Of a stretch of 64,000 nucleotides of DNA, positions 25,198 to 37,616 are shown in pieces. Position numbers and translations under genes: made by a program. Position 1 is the first letter of the stretch; every line of letters starts with the position of its first letter. A model generated the notes under the pieces. It did not search any database. It was given only the letters and a program-made list of their open reading frames with translations, and was not told the origin of the DNA. The stretch comes from Hormiphora californensis (taxonomy: Eukaryota; Animalia; Ctenophora), in contig CM035362.1 of NCBI GenBank assembly GCA_020137815.1, positions 3,038,001 through 3,102,000 of the forward strand. Reading direction: 5' to 3'.

Positions 25198-27441
25198 CAC
25201 CACTACCTGTCATCTTATCTGTCCCCCACTACCTGTCATCTTATCTGTCCCTAACTACCTGTCATCTTATCTGTCCCCCACTAGCTGTCATCTTATCTGT
25301 CCCCCACTACCTGTCATCTTATCTGTCCCCCACTACCTGTCATCTTATCTGTCCCCCACTACCTGTCATCTTATCTGTCCCCCACTACCTGTCATCTTAT
25401 CTGTCCCCCACTACCTGTCATCTTATCTGTCCCCCACTACCTGTCATCTTATCTGTCCCCCACTACCTGTCATCTTATCTGTCCCCCACTACCTGTCATC
25501 TTATCTGTCCCCCACTACCTGTCATCTTATCTGTCCCCCACTACCTGTCATCTTATCTGTCCCCCACTACCTGTCATCTTATCTGTCCCCCACTACCTGT
25601 CATCTTATCTGTCCCCCACTACCTGTCATCTTATCTGTCCCCCACTACCTGTCATCTTATCTGTCCCCCACTACCTGTCATCTTATCTGTCCCCCACTAC
25701 CTGTCATCTTATCTGTCCCCCACTACCTGTCATCTTATCTGTCCCCCACTACCTGTCATCTCATCTGTCCCCCACTACCTGTCATCTTATCTGTCCCCCA
25801 CTACCTGTCATCTTATCTGTCCCCAACTACCTGTCATCTTATCTGTCCCCCACTACCTGTCATCTTATCTGTCCCCCACTAGCTGTCATCTTATCTGTCC
25901 CCCACTAGCTGTCATCTTATCTGTCCCCCACTACCTGTCATCTTATCTGTCCCCCAAGACCTGTCATCTTATCTGTCCCCCACTACCTGTCATCTTATAT
26001 GTCCCCCACTAGATGTCATCTTATCTGTCCCCCACTACCTATCATCTTATCTGTCCGGGACTTATCTCTAAGAAACTTTCCCACTTTGACCCAACTTATA
26101 TCTCTAAGAAACTTTCCCACTTTGACTCAACTTATCTCTAAGAAACTTTCCCACTTTGACCCAACTTATCTCTAAGAAACTTTCCCACTTTGACCCAACT
26201 TATCTCTAAGAAACTTTCCCACTTTGACCCAACTTATCTCTAATTGAAACTTTCCCACTTTGACCCAACTTATCTCTAAGAAACTTTTCCACTTTGACCC
26301 AACTTATCTCTAAGAAACTTTCCCACTTTTACCCAACTTATCTCTAAGAAACTTTCCCACTTTGACCCAACTTATCTCTAAGAAACTTTCCCACTTTGAC
26401 CCAACTTATCTCTAAGAAACTTTCCCACTTTGACTCAACTTATCTCTAAGAAACTTTCCCACTTTGACCCAACTTATCTCTAAGAAACTTTCCCACTTTG
26501 ACCCAACTTATCTCTAAGAAAATTTCCCACTTTGACTCAACTTATCTCTAAGAAACTTTCCCACTTTGACCCAACTTATCTCTAAGAAACTTTCCCACTT
26601 TGACCCAACTTATCTCTAAGAAACTTTCCCACTTTGACCCAACTTATCTCTAAGAAACTTTCCCACTTTGACCCAACTTATCTCTAAGATTTAAGAAACT
26701 TTCCCACTTTGACCCAACTTATCTCTAAGAAACTTTCCCACTTTGACTCAACTTATCTCTAATTGAAACTTTCCCACTTTGACCCAACTTATCTCTAAGA
26801 AACTTTCCCACTTTGACCCAACTTATCTCTAAGAAACTTTCCCACTTTGACCCAACTTATCTCTAAGAAACTTTCCCACTTTGACCCAACTTATCTCTAA
26901 GAAACTTTCCCACTTTGACCCAACTTATCTCTAAGAAACTTTCCCACTTTGACTCAACTTATCTCTAAGAAACTTTCCCACTTTGACTCAACTTATCTCT
27001 AAGATTTAAGAAACTTTCCCACTTTGACCCAACTTATCTCTAAGAAACTTTCCCACTTTGACTCAACTTATCTCTAATTGAAACTTTCCCACTTTGACCC
27101 AACTTATCTCTAAGAAACTTTCCCACTTTGACCCAACTTATCTCTAAGAAACTTTCCCACTTTGACCCAACTTATCTCTAAGAAACTTTCCCACTTTGAC
27201 CCAACTTATCTCTAAGAAACTTTCCCACTTTGACCCAACTTATCTCTAAGAAACTTTCCCACTTTGACTCAACTTATCTCTAAGAAACTTTCCCACTTTG
27301 ACTCAACTTATCTCTAAGAAACTTTCCCACTTTGACTCAACTTATCTCTAACAAACTTTCCCACTTTGACCCAACTTGACTGTCCCCCACTACCTGTCAT
27401 CTTATCTGTCCCCACTACCTGTCATCTTATCTGTCCCCCAC
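25198..27441 (+). repeat. Nested minisatellites: 26-bp unit CCCCCACTACCTGTCATCTTATCTGT (~33 copies at 25198-26056, resuming at 27378-27441) interrupted by 34-bp unit CTTATCTCTAAGAAACTTTCCCACTTTGACCCAA (~38 copies at 26060-27377)
   Basis: Head-to-tail units with no spacers are visible directly. Confidence 0.95.
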
Positions 27442-27682
27442 GTCACCCCGTTTTGGTTCTCAAAATGTCATCGCGTCGGCGCACCCAGACTGCCATCACA
27501 CGAGAAAACATTGATCCACTCATGACTCAATTGTCGCATGATTGAATGTACAATTCTTGTTGATATATCGTAGCTTTGTTTTGTCTTACACTGACAGTGA
27601 CACAGGCCCATAGATACCTAGGTTTGGATATTGGATACTAACATTCATACAATCTGAGTAACAGTAATCATCAAGACAAACA

Positions 27683-30600
27683 ATGTTGGACGCCATTCTC
27701 TCAGCCCTTCCCTAAGAATCTCTTTGATCCGTTCAAGTCTGTTCGACTAGGATGATGCCTACTCCAGGTTTAACAGAATCTACTTGTTCGGATTTTGTGT
27801 TCTAAGTGGACTAATCGTGTCTCTCAACGATTATATAGGTGACTATTTTGAGGCAGGGACCCAGATCTAAAGCTGTCTGGCGCCGCCGAACCGATCATCT
27901 GAGCACTGCCTGTTTTGCGCTCAGATTGGGTCGGCGTCGCCAGACAGTCTTGAGTCTGAAAATGACGGCAGGGTCTGTAGGGCTGCTAGGCAGATCTACA
28001 TATGGTGTCTAGATCACTATCATCCTTTTGAAATGAACATTTTCTCAACAGGAAACAAAATTGAGTGTGTTGGGTTCGATATTTTTGAACACGATTTCCA
28101 TGAAAACTATTGTTGGACACAGGTGAATAATTCCAAAACTCCTAGGGTCTGTTTACCCTTGTCTGGCGGCGCCGACCCGATCTGAGCACTCAGCACACTG
28201 TCAATCAAAACGTGACCTGGTGCCACCAGACAGGTCTACCCTGAGTGTTTGACTCACTACCGTCCTGTATGGCGGCGCCATACCCCATTTGATGGGTCGC
28301 GGCGCGGCGCCAGACAGCTACCGTCTACCCCGATCATACATTTATCTCACCAGGGTCTCTATACGGTTCTGGAGGCGTACGACCTGAGCAACCTAAATGT
28401 GCCATATCCCGGTATTGTTCCATTAGAAACACCCTGCCTTGATTTCACGTGAGTAACAAACCAAACCAAACCAAACCAAACCAAACCAAACCAAACCAAA
28501 CCAAACCAAACCAAACCAAACCAAACCAAACCAAACCAAACCAAACCAAACCAAACCAAACCAAACCAAACCAAACCAAACCAAACCAAACCAAACCAAA
28601 CCAATTACCAAATCAAACCAGACCAAACCAGTTACCAAACCAAACCAAACCAGTTACCAAACCAGTTACCAAACCAAACCAGTTACCAAACCAGTTATCA
28701 AACCAGTTATCAAACCAAACCAAACCAAACCAAACCAAACCAAACCAAACCAAACCAAACCAAACCAGTTACCAAACCAAACCAAACCAAACCAAACCAA
28801 ACCAAACCAAACCAAACCAAACCAAACCAAACCAAACCAAACCAAACACCAAACCGAAACACCAAACCAAACCAAACCAAACCAAACCAAACCAAACCAA
28901 ACCAAACCAAACCAAACCAAACCAAACCAAACCAAACCAAACCAAACCAAACCAAACCAGTTACCAAACCAATTACCAAACCAATTACCAAACCAAACCA
29001 AACCAAACCAAACCAGTTACCAAACCAGTTACCAAACCAGTTACCAAACCAAACCAAACCAAACCAAACTAAACTAGTTACCAAACCAATTACCAAACCA
29101 TTTGAAACCAATTACCAAACCAATTACCAAACCAGCTACCAAACCAGTTACCAAACCAGTTACCAAACCAGTTACCAAACCAGTTACCAAACCAATTACC
29201 AAACCAAACCAATTACCAAACCAAACCAAACCAAACCAAACCAAACCAAACCAATTACCAAACCAATTACCAAACCAATTACCAAACCAAACCAAACTAA
29301 TTACCAAACCAATTACCAAACCAATTACCAAACCAGTTACCAAACCAGTTACCAAACCAAACCAGTTACCAAACCAATTACCAAACCAATTACCAAACCA
29401 GTTACCAAACCAGTTACCAAACCAGTTACCAAACCAATTACCAAACCAATTACCAAACCAAACCAAATTCCAGCTATGAAAATGGAAGCAAGTTTGTCTG
29501 CCCGGACGAGGATTCAGTTCTACCCCTCACCAGAGTTTACCACCTTTGGTACCAGTGGATCCCCTTCTACTTCTGGATATGCGCCGTTATCTTCTACCTA
29601 CCATATTTGGCATTCCAAAACTCCGATATCAGCTGTATCAAACCATTAGGTATAAATTAGTGGTGTAATTACTGTTTAATTAGCGTGTAATTAGGTGCAT
29701 GTGACTGGTCCATTCCGGGGCATGACAGCGGGGAATATCGATAAATCCATTAAATCAAACTAGCAGGCCCGTTCGCCCTACGGGCGAATTTCGGGGAAAT
29801 GGTAGCTGGATTAGGGAACGCTGACATCACCTGCACCATCCGTTCCTAGCCTATCTCTCACTTTCTCCCTACCCATGCTGTTGTACGCTCTGGGCTTCCT
29901 GACAATGTCAAGGTACGAATTTAAGAGATCAATGTCATGGAGGTGCAGTTCTGTTCCAGAAACTCATCACGTGAAAACTTGGCCGCTATGTAGCCGATTC
30001 GGAGATTTCTATATCACCCTTAGGCGACGTTGGGTAAAGCTATCCGTAGTCCTTGATTGGCTCGCTTGAACACGTTGGCGTAATCTGTCATATTCTCTAG
30101 CCTGCTGGCTGCTCTCTGACAGCAGCAGTTCTCCTTGACCTAGGTAAACGCTGCCGAATAGCGCTTGGGGTGGAAGAGCTAGACATCAGGACAGAAGTAA
30201 AAGAATGCACGTGCAGAATTGAATTTCCCCTTGGTACCCAACTGCAACTGGGAGAGAGGTCTCCAGGTCCCTCTAATAATTGCACGTGCAGGTGTAGTTG
30301 CTAGGTGACCTCCGTTACACAATTTGCTTAGTAAGTAGTATGATATGATTGCCGTGTTTTATAACTGAGTGTGGTTGTGTATTGTGATATTATTTAAAAA
30401 CCTTGCCTACACTCTGCTCCCCTTGTTGGGAATTGAGAGACCAGCCCTTACTCAACAATTTGCCCAAACCTCCTCCTCACTCTCTCTCTCTCCATCTCAG
30501 TGAAGTTACTGGACAGTAAGAAAACAATGCACGATGTCAAGGAGACCGATATCAGGATTGGGAAGGGAAGTTACTGGCTCGCAAATCAACTGACTCATTT

Positions 30601-32386
30601 CCGTAGTGGTAGAGGTAAAGAAGCAGGAACCGACCAATCAAAACTCGTTATTTAGGTCACGTGACTGGTTTAACCAGTCACGTGACCTAAATAACGAGTG
30701 GTTATCAGCCAATCAGGGACCAGTATTTCCTGATTCGGTCGGTGATTCCTGGTAGTAAACACAGAAAACCTTGATCTGCCAAACCCTTACAGAGCACACA
30801 ACAACACACATTTGTTGACAGGAAAAACAAAACCATATACGGCCACTAGCCGGGAATTCAGAATTGACATGTTCCCAGCTGGGCCCAGTCTGTCTGCTCT
30901 CACACCGGGTCGAAGAACATCACATATTGTTTCAATGTTTCAGGTTATTCTATTTCAGGTTTTCTAAAGTGGGCGTTTGTCTACCACAAGTTGTTTTTCA
31001 TTGTACTCTTCAACAAGATTACCAACTTTCTAACCGTCCTCATTATCATCTATGTGACAAAAGATGTAAGTAACTGCCAGACAAACTCACCCATGGAGCC
31101 CCTTATATTCAATCAGATCCTGTCTGGCGCCGCGACCCCATCTGAGCGCACTGAGAATCAAATTAATTGTCTAGCGGCGGTAGACCCCGATTTAACAATG
31201 CGCTTAGATTGGGTCTGTGGCGCCAGACTGAGACAGGCGCAACCAGAACACCATTTTGCAACTGACTGATCAGTGACCACTCTATCTATTTGGTTACGAA
31301 GTTGCCAGCGCGGGGGTTATTTCGTGACCATTTTCTCTCTCTACCACCCACAGATGTTCTATGTCAGCAGCTTTCTCTCCTACGGTTATGATGTTATCAT
31401 GTATTTCTCGGGACAGCTCGAGGCAGACACCACCAACCCAATGGATAAGCTGTTTCCAAAGATGGTTGCGTGTGAGATTAAAAAGTGGGGCACATCTGGT
31501 ATTACGAATGAACAAGGTGTGTGCAGTACTTGTACATTGTATTACACAGCTGTATAGTGTACACAATACATTGTAGTACAATTTGTACTGCAAATATAAT
31601 TGTACATTGTATTGTACGTATGCATTATATAGTACATTGTATTTCCCCTCGGTGACATAGACACCTGGCGCGACCCCCGCTCAATCTCGGTCGCGCCAGG
31701 TGTCTATGTCACCAATATTTTCCTCCAGGAATGTGTGTCCTGGCACCAAATGTGGTCAACTCCTACTTTTTCCTATTTTTCTGGTTTGTTCTGATCCTGG
31801 GAGTGCTAGTGAACGTCCTATCTGTCCTTCTTGTCACATCAAAACATCTTTTTACATACGGTACATATGCCCACAAAGAGAAACCTGCTTTCGCTAGGCG
31901 ATTCCCTTGCGCGAAAGAAGGCGATTCTCCAGGAGAATCGAATGTCTGTTTTCAGGTTTTTTCCAGGTGTAAAAACAGTGATTCTTCGATACATGTTATG
32001 TATGAATAGGATACTGTTCCCTAATACAGTATATCTTAATGTGACATTACTCGTGTTCAGGAGGCTGGAAAGCACTGACTACAAGGACCAGCCTGCGGTA
32101 TACCGAGTATCAGAAACAGCTTTACTTTGATTCTGGTAGGTCTCAGCTCGGACCTAGTTCGGATCTAAAACTTTGTAATTTGTTTAAAAACCTATAACTG
32201 TTATTTTGTATTTAGTAATTAGTTAATTAATTAATTAACTGTTTCAGGTACTAGCGGGAGGATTCTCCTAGATAAGATCGCCAGTAACATCGCCGGGCCT
32301 ACTTTTAACCGTCTCTTTCGCTGAAACGGCCCTAATTACTGGAGAAACGAGAGGCCAAGAGCACTATTTACCAGAATCCTTTATAG
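27683..32386 (+). CDS. INX: Innexin (gap-junction protein), 10 exons: 27683-27838, 28052-28122, 28354-28448, 29474-29649, 30501-30614, 30959-31065, 31354-31516, 31729-31860, 32061-32135, 32248-~32386
   Basis: Motifs: IECVG...ENYCWTQGLYT, VPYPGI, YHLWYQWIPFYFW...FYLPY, DKLFPKMVAC, GMCVLAPNVVNSYFFLFFWF and GTSGRILL. GT-AG junctions are phase-compatible. +1 indels in the first and last exons leave the exact C-terminus uncertain. Confidence 0.92.
27873..27947. mobile_element. Small palindromic MITE-like family (TGTCTGGCGCCGC...GATCTGAGCAC...GCCAGACA); related copies at ~24963, 28160-28320, 31120-31230, 33770, 34480 and 45435
   Basis: Recurrent inverted-repeat unit, mostly in innexin introns. Confidence 0.6.
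28456..29467 (+). repeat. (AAACC)n microsatellite grading into a 12-bp AAACCAGTTACC/AAACCAATTACC unit; fills innexin intron 3
   Basis: Visible directly between the GT at 28449 and the AG at 29472-29473. Confidence 0.95.
29758..29835 (-). mobile_element. Helitron-like 3' terminus (hairpin + CTAG); second copy at ~62746-62818
   Basis: The minus strand reads ...aattcgcccgtagggcgaacgggcctgCTAGt. A ~70-bp near-identical segment occurs at 62750-62818. Confidence 0.55.
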
Positions 32387-32975
32387 ACATTCATAGAACT
32401 CTTGTTGAGCTGATACTCCACAAACAAATGGACTCAGTTCGGCCCTGGGTTTCGGATTCTGCGATTATAGTTTTTAATTTGGAGTTTGAGAAGCGGGAAT
32501 TTCGATCCACGAATAAGAACCGAGACATCAGAGACATCTTTAGCTTAGTATTCGAAGATATCGACAAACGAAACATTACATTAAAAATATTTGATTTTGA
32601 TTTGTCAAGGGCTTCAATCTTTCTCAATTGCAGATATTATATCTGCAAGAGAAATATTGAATCTAGATACATACCAAAGCCGGTCGTATCATTGTATCAA
32701 ACTTGTGCACACTTTAAATCTGCGCAAACGAAAAATTTACGACACGCAAAATTTAACGGGTGAAAATATAAAATCTCGAACAAAGGATATAAAAACGATT
32801 TATATCTCGCCGGGATTAGAGTTAAATGGTACAAGATTACAAAAATAAAGCTCTAAAAGATCACAATTTAAAATAAAATAACGCCCGTAATTCTTCATCA
32901 CATGACAAGCAATTCTTTTGTTGTTTGGTTGCTACGGTGACGCCTTGACGCCAGATGCTTTCAGGGGGGGGGGGG

Positions 32976-33010
32976 TATAAATGAGGCTGTTGGAGGAGTG
33001 ATAACTCAGT
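32976..33010 (+). promoter_or_regulatory. TATA box (TATAAA, 32976) + initiator (TCAGT, 33006) core promoter
   Basis: Canonical 30-nt spacing, directly upstream of the ATG at 33043. Confidence 0.7.
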
Positions 33011-33042
33011 GTGATCATCCGAACTTTTATAACATCAAGAAC

Positions 33043-34064
33043 ATGGGGAAAACACTCGCCTGTATCATTCTTCTTTCAGTGTGAGTGCACTAGATATTTA
33101 AATCTTAGATATTATTATCTTAGATAACTCTTGAACGTTACTTTTAGATTAATTCGTTTTTCAAATTCAAAAGTTGATTTCTTGGTCCATTGACTTGTCA
33201 ATTTGTCCAATTCTATCGACTTGTTTCTAGATCATTAACTTAGTAACCCTTTACCCATGGCAATGCTGTTATAGTAGTCCACCTACACTAGCTCCACTCA
33301 TTGCTTAGCAACACTTTATTTTAATTAATTAATTAATTAATAGTTTAATTTCCTCAGGTTGGTATCAGTAGCCCAGTGTAAATCGGTAGGAGCAGACGAT
33401 ACGGATAGTGTGTTTAAACAAATCGAACCAAAACCGGGTACTCTCTTCGAATCAGGTATAATCTGCTGGAGAATATGGATACCCTCGACAATTCCAACAT
33501 TGTTCGACCCTCTTCGCGCCCCCGCCCGGTTGGTTATGAAGTTACCCTCCCTGTTTAGAGGGGTTATTTCGTAACCAACCCCCCGGAGGGTTATTGTAAG
33601 AACACTAATTTTTTACAACCTCAACCTCTACCTCCAACCCAACCTCTAATTTATTTACCAGATGATAGTAGTGGTCCAGCCCTGGACCCTGACAGCCGGG
33701 GAGTTTACACGCTATTCGACAGCGAGGATTTAGAGGGTAAGATCAGATCTCCATATATTTCCCATTTTGGCAGCGCCAGACCCCAATTTGACAGTGCGCT
33801 CGGACGGCGCGAGACAAATAATATAATACATCCTCTCTTGTTGAATATCCTTTACTCACCCCATCATCCCCTCTTGGTATTGGTAACGAAGTTACTCCTC
33901 CCTTGTTAACAATTGTTATTTCGTAACCAACCCATCCCCCAGGTATATAGAGTCAGTGAAGAACAACTGTTACGATTAGAGGGCGGAGTGTTATCAAGAC
34001 GATTTGTGCGAGATGGTATCCATACAGGACAGGTTTAGGTGTGACCTGCAGATTCCAATTTTGA
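33043..34064 (+). CDS. Small secreted protein or prepropeptide candidate, 4 exons (33043-33080, 33358-33454, 33662-33736, ~33943-34064)
   Basis: MGKTLACIILLSVLVSVAQC (signal peptide) + acidic KSVGADDTDSVFKQIEPKPGTLFESDDSSGPALDPDSRGVYTLFDSEDLE. The first three exons splice in phase; the frame of the last exon is ambiguous. Confidence 0.65.
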
Positions 34065-34852
34065 ATGAAAGGATCCGTGACCTGAGTGAAAAAGTGTGAA
34101 GAGATAATGAGTGAATTAAAGTGATGATGTATACCTTTCTGTGATTTTTCCTGCATACAATCAACTTGTTTTGAAATTTTATCGATAAAAAAGGGGTCAG
34201 TAATCAATCAATGGACTTTTGCTCGACCCTTTCTTACCGTGCCTCGGTGGATCTGCCCTCGTCCCTCTCCGATCGGCCAGCGTTAAAATCTGGGTGTTTG
34301 CCGTTTGGAGTGTCAGCACTCACGGTTTTTTAGGGTTAGGGCTAAAGTGGGGTTAGGGTTAGGGTTGGGGTTTGGGTTGGGTTAGGCCTTGAAATGTCCT
34401 ATCAGATAAACTTTTGATTAGCCAAAACGGTCGAGTGGTTTGGCGGTTAGAGCCATTTTAGTGCAGAGTACTTTTTTGGCAGCGCCAGATCGTAACGGCG
34501 CCCTTTACCAGACACTAACTAGTCATCAATAGCCACGTTATTTTAAATGTAACATACAAACAGCGACATTCTACATCTTCTCATACAACTGTGCAACAGC
34601 ACCAAAACCTCCAACTACACATGGCCAATAGCAGGAACCGACCGACACAAGTAAACAACCAATCAGAACTCGTTATTTAGGTCACGTGACTGATTATCAG
34701 CCAATCAGGGACCAGTATTTCCTGATTCGGTCGGTTCCTGGCCAATAGTTAACAGCACTAAAACGTCCAACTGCAGGCCACATTTAGTCCCTTTTCGCCG
34801 CCAAACCATTGCTATCAACTACGTCTACTGCAGGAACATTTGGTATTGTACA

Positions 34853-34924
34853 GTATTGTGACAAGTGAAAACAAGTTTTTTACACAATTTTGTGTAAAAA
34901 ACTTGTTTTCACTTGTCACAATAG
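34853..34924. repeat. Near-perfect ~70-bp palindrome; similar standalone hairpins at 31651-31713 and 63845-63908
   Basis: tattgtgacaagtgaaaacaagttttttacacaa-ttgtgtaaaaaacttgttttcacttgtcacaata. Confidence 0.85.
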
Positions 34925-35013
34925 TTAAGCTCTCCGCATCCCCGGATCGAGCACTCTACCAGGATACTAACTTCTACATCTAGCTAGGTATTGTACAGTA
35001 CAATTTGTACTCG

Positions 35014-37223
35014 TTACATCACAGTCACCTGTTCTGCTCCCGCGGGGCGGGGTTCCTCGGGGCCGGACACCGTTCCCCCTTGACATTTTCCCACGATCTT
35101 GTTAAAGACTGCCTTGTACAAATCCGAGTGGAAGATTGGGTTGAGACAGCTGTTTAGGGGTAGGATGGAGATGGCTGTGACCTCGTACCAGGTTGAGGAA
35201 ACAAGCTTCTTGGTAAAAGGTTGTATAACCATGATTCCCACGACAAACAACCACGTGAACAATTTAACCCCAACAATCAGCACCACCTTGCCACCTGTAC
35301 TGCTTGCCGTGGAGGGACCGTTCCGAGCGGGTGCTGCAGAAGTTATGACCTCTCTGACAATGACAAAGTAGGAGACACTTATGGTGAGGAGGATGCCACA
35401 TAATATGGCAATGTAGGCCAGTTTGTAGGTCCTCATGGCGTGTGAGTTACTGTTGAACATGTCAGGGACACAGACCGGCGACCAATTATAGATTGACAGA
35501 TCTTGATAGTCGAACATTTCAGGGGGTGTTTGTCGTGTCTCGGAGTTCTTCTAGTTGAGAGTAAAGGTTGGTGCTCCCGGTTCCCACCAGGTTATCGTGA
35601 AGGATTGCGATGTGGTCCAGGCCAGAGGAGTTTTTAACGAAGGGATTCTGTCGAAGTTTAAAACTGGATCGGAAGACAGCCCTTAGATCGGGAATCCTGA
35701 GTAGGGGCAAGATCGCGATAACTAGATTCAGAATCAACAGGAGGAATGATATCAGATAGATAATGCGGGGCCTAATGCCCTCCCCGAACCCCCGAACGCA
35801 CTTGTAGGCCCGTGTAACGCTCATCAGGAGGAACAGTTAGGAGAGACCCATGACTAGAAGCGCTAAACAAGAATCCCATGGCTTGACAGAGAGGCCCATT
35901 CCTCCACGCCATGTCGGATTTACAGTAGTCACCTCGGTAACGAAATCAGCCCCCAGAAGGATCACTAAGTAGACCCCCGTGGCCATATCATGGAGAATCA
36001 ACTTGATCTGTAGGAAGCGATCCTAGTCTGAGGTGTCTGTCCTGACCGGAACTGTAATTCTGAGTCGTCAGATTGTAGATATTCGCCCCAAAAATCACCA
36101 CAATCATCCCCAGAGAGGCGGCGATGAGAACCGAAGAGCGTACAATCCGTTCATCGCTCGAGAAATGCTCCTCGGGAACAGTTATTGCATTCGTCAGCGC
36201 CACTTTCGCAGTCCTTGTAGTTATCGCAGACACGCCGCTCATCCACCCACGTGACTAGATCCTCGTTGCAATAAAACCTTCCTGGACACCTCAACTCGTC
36301 ACTCCGTTCTGGGCAATCGTAATCCCCATCACAAACATCTCCAACTTTGACTTCACTCATACCGTTGGCGCAGAGGAAGGCTATTTTGAGCATAGGAAAG
36401 GAACGGGGATAGACTACATGATCACAAAAATTTTTCCCAACCAGTTCCTTATCACACTCGTCAGTGCATGGTTGATCCCACTTGATTTCACCAAACTTGT
36501 TCCTCTTCAGCGTTCCTCTGTCCAAGTTTAACAGTAGAGAGACACACTGGATATGTGGAGAATCTGTCGCTTTTGTAATCGGGAGACAGCTGTCACATGT
36601 AACTGACCCCTCGTCTATTATATCACGAGAGAGATGTCTACAGAACGGTTCAACTGGTACTGTCACTGTGAAGTTGTATGCCGGATGTAACTTTTTCTTG
36701 TACCACTGAGGTGTCACGCTACATTGGACAGCTGTGGCACCCTCACAGGCCGCCTCGTCCTCTCCATTTGGACAATCCGGGACTCCGTCACAGACATGAC
36801 CCAAGGTGACACAACCCGTCCCATTTCTACAGTAGAGGACTTTAGATTCCTTGCAATCACACTCGTCCTGAAGGCACTCGGAGACACCACTACATTTTTT
36901 CCAAGTGGGATTCTGCACTTCCAATCCGTCTCCGTCATACAATGGCTCTGGGCGGATGGGGTTGTTGCGTTCAGACAGGTGGGATAGTGTAGCGGAGAAA
37001 ATGAACAGATCATCGGCTCTGGTCTTGTTAGGTTTTGGCGGTTAGTTATGTTCCTTTTTGGGTCCGTTACCGCGGGCGGGATGAATCGCATAACATTTAG
37101 TGGTATGATGGAACAACGCTTCTGAGACAGAAACTCTGGTATTGTCCGTTGAGAAAGGTGATAATCGAAGATGTTACTACAAGTTACCACGGTAACCATG
37201 GCAGCGGCCAGGAGACACACCAT
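35014..37223 (-). CDS. Intronless LDL-receptor class A repeat-containing rhodopsin-type GPCR (GRL101/RXFP-related, no LRRs), split by several 1-nt indels
   Basis: Signal peptide; LDLa-type repeats (CDGVPDCPNGEDE, CDGDYDCPERSDE, CDNYKDCESGADE); seven hydrophobic segments including CQAMGFLFSASSHGSLLTV/LLMSVTRAYKC (TM3) and ILPLNSCLNPIFH (TM7). The consecutive ORFs join after indels that fall mostly in homopolymers. Confidence 0.85.
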
Positions 37224-37616
37224 TGTGACTGGAAATTCTGGCTGATCGCTACGAACTGGGCAGCGTGCGGTATTTTTATTTGTTCAGTACTTTTATAGGG
37301 TAAGGAACAAAAGGGCGTAAATACTTTACAGACCTCTTTTTAACCTCGTTAAGAAACTACTACGGTTGGGTGTTGGCGGAATATAAAGGGAGTTCCATAA
37401 TAACGCTCAGACGCACAAAAGAACATTTAGTTCCTCCTATTGTACAACCGTTTTCTTGCTCTAGCTCGTAGCGGACAGCGGTATTTAGCCATGTGACTGC
37501 TTCTTTAGCTGTGCCGGAAATTTATAACTGAAATTTCTATTAATTTTTGGCATAATTTAGGTATATTTTGGAAACGATGGAAGACATGTCTGGACGTAGC
37601 AGAACTTGTTGTTCAG

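Noticed and set aside
25198-27441. Regular 26-bp and 34-bp repeats resembling a CRISPR array
   Set aside because: Units are head-to-tail with no unique spacers, there are no cas genes, and the context is eukaryotic.
28359-29479. NQTKP / LVWFG repeat ORFs
   Set aside because: Microsatellite filling an innexin intron bounded by GT and AG.
34329-34386. TTAGGG-like repeats as a telomere
   Set aside because: Only a few degenerate, interstitial units, probably part of a dispersed repeat.
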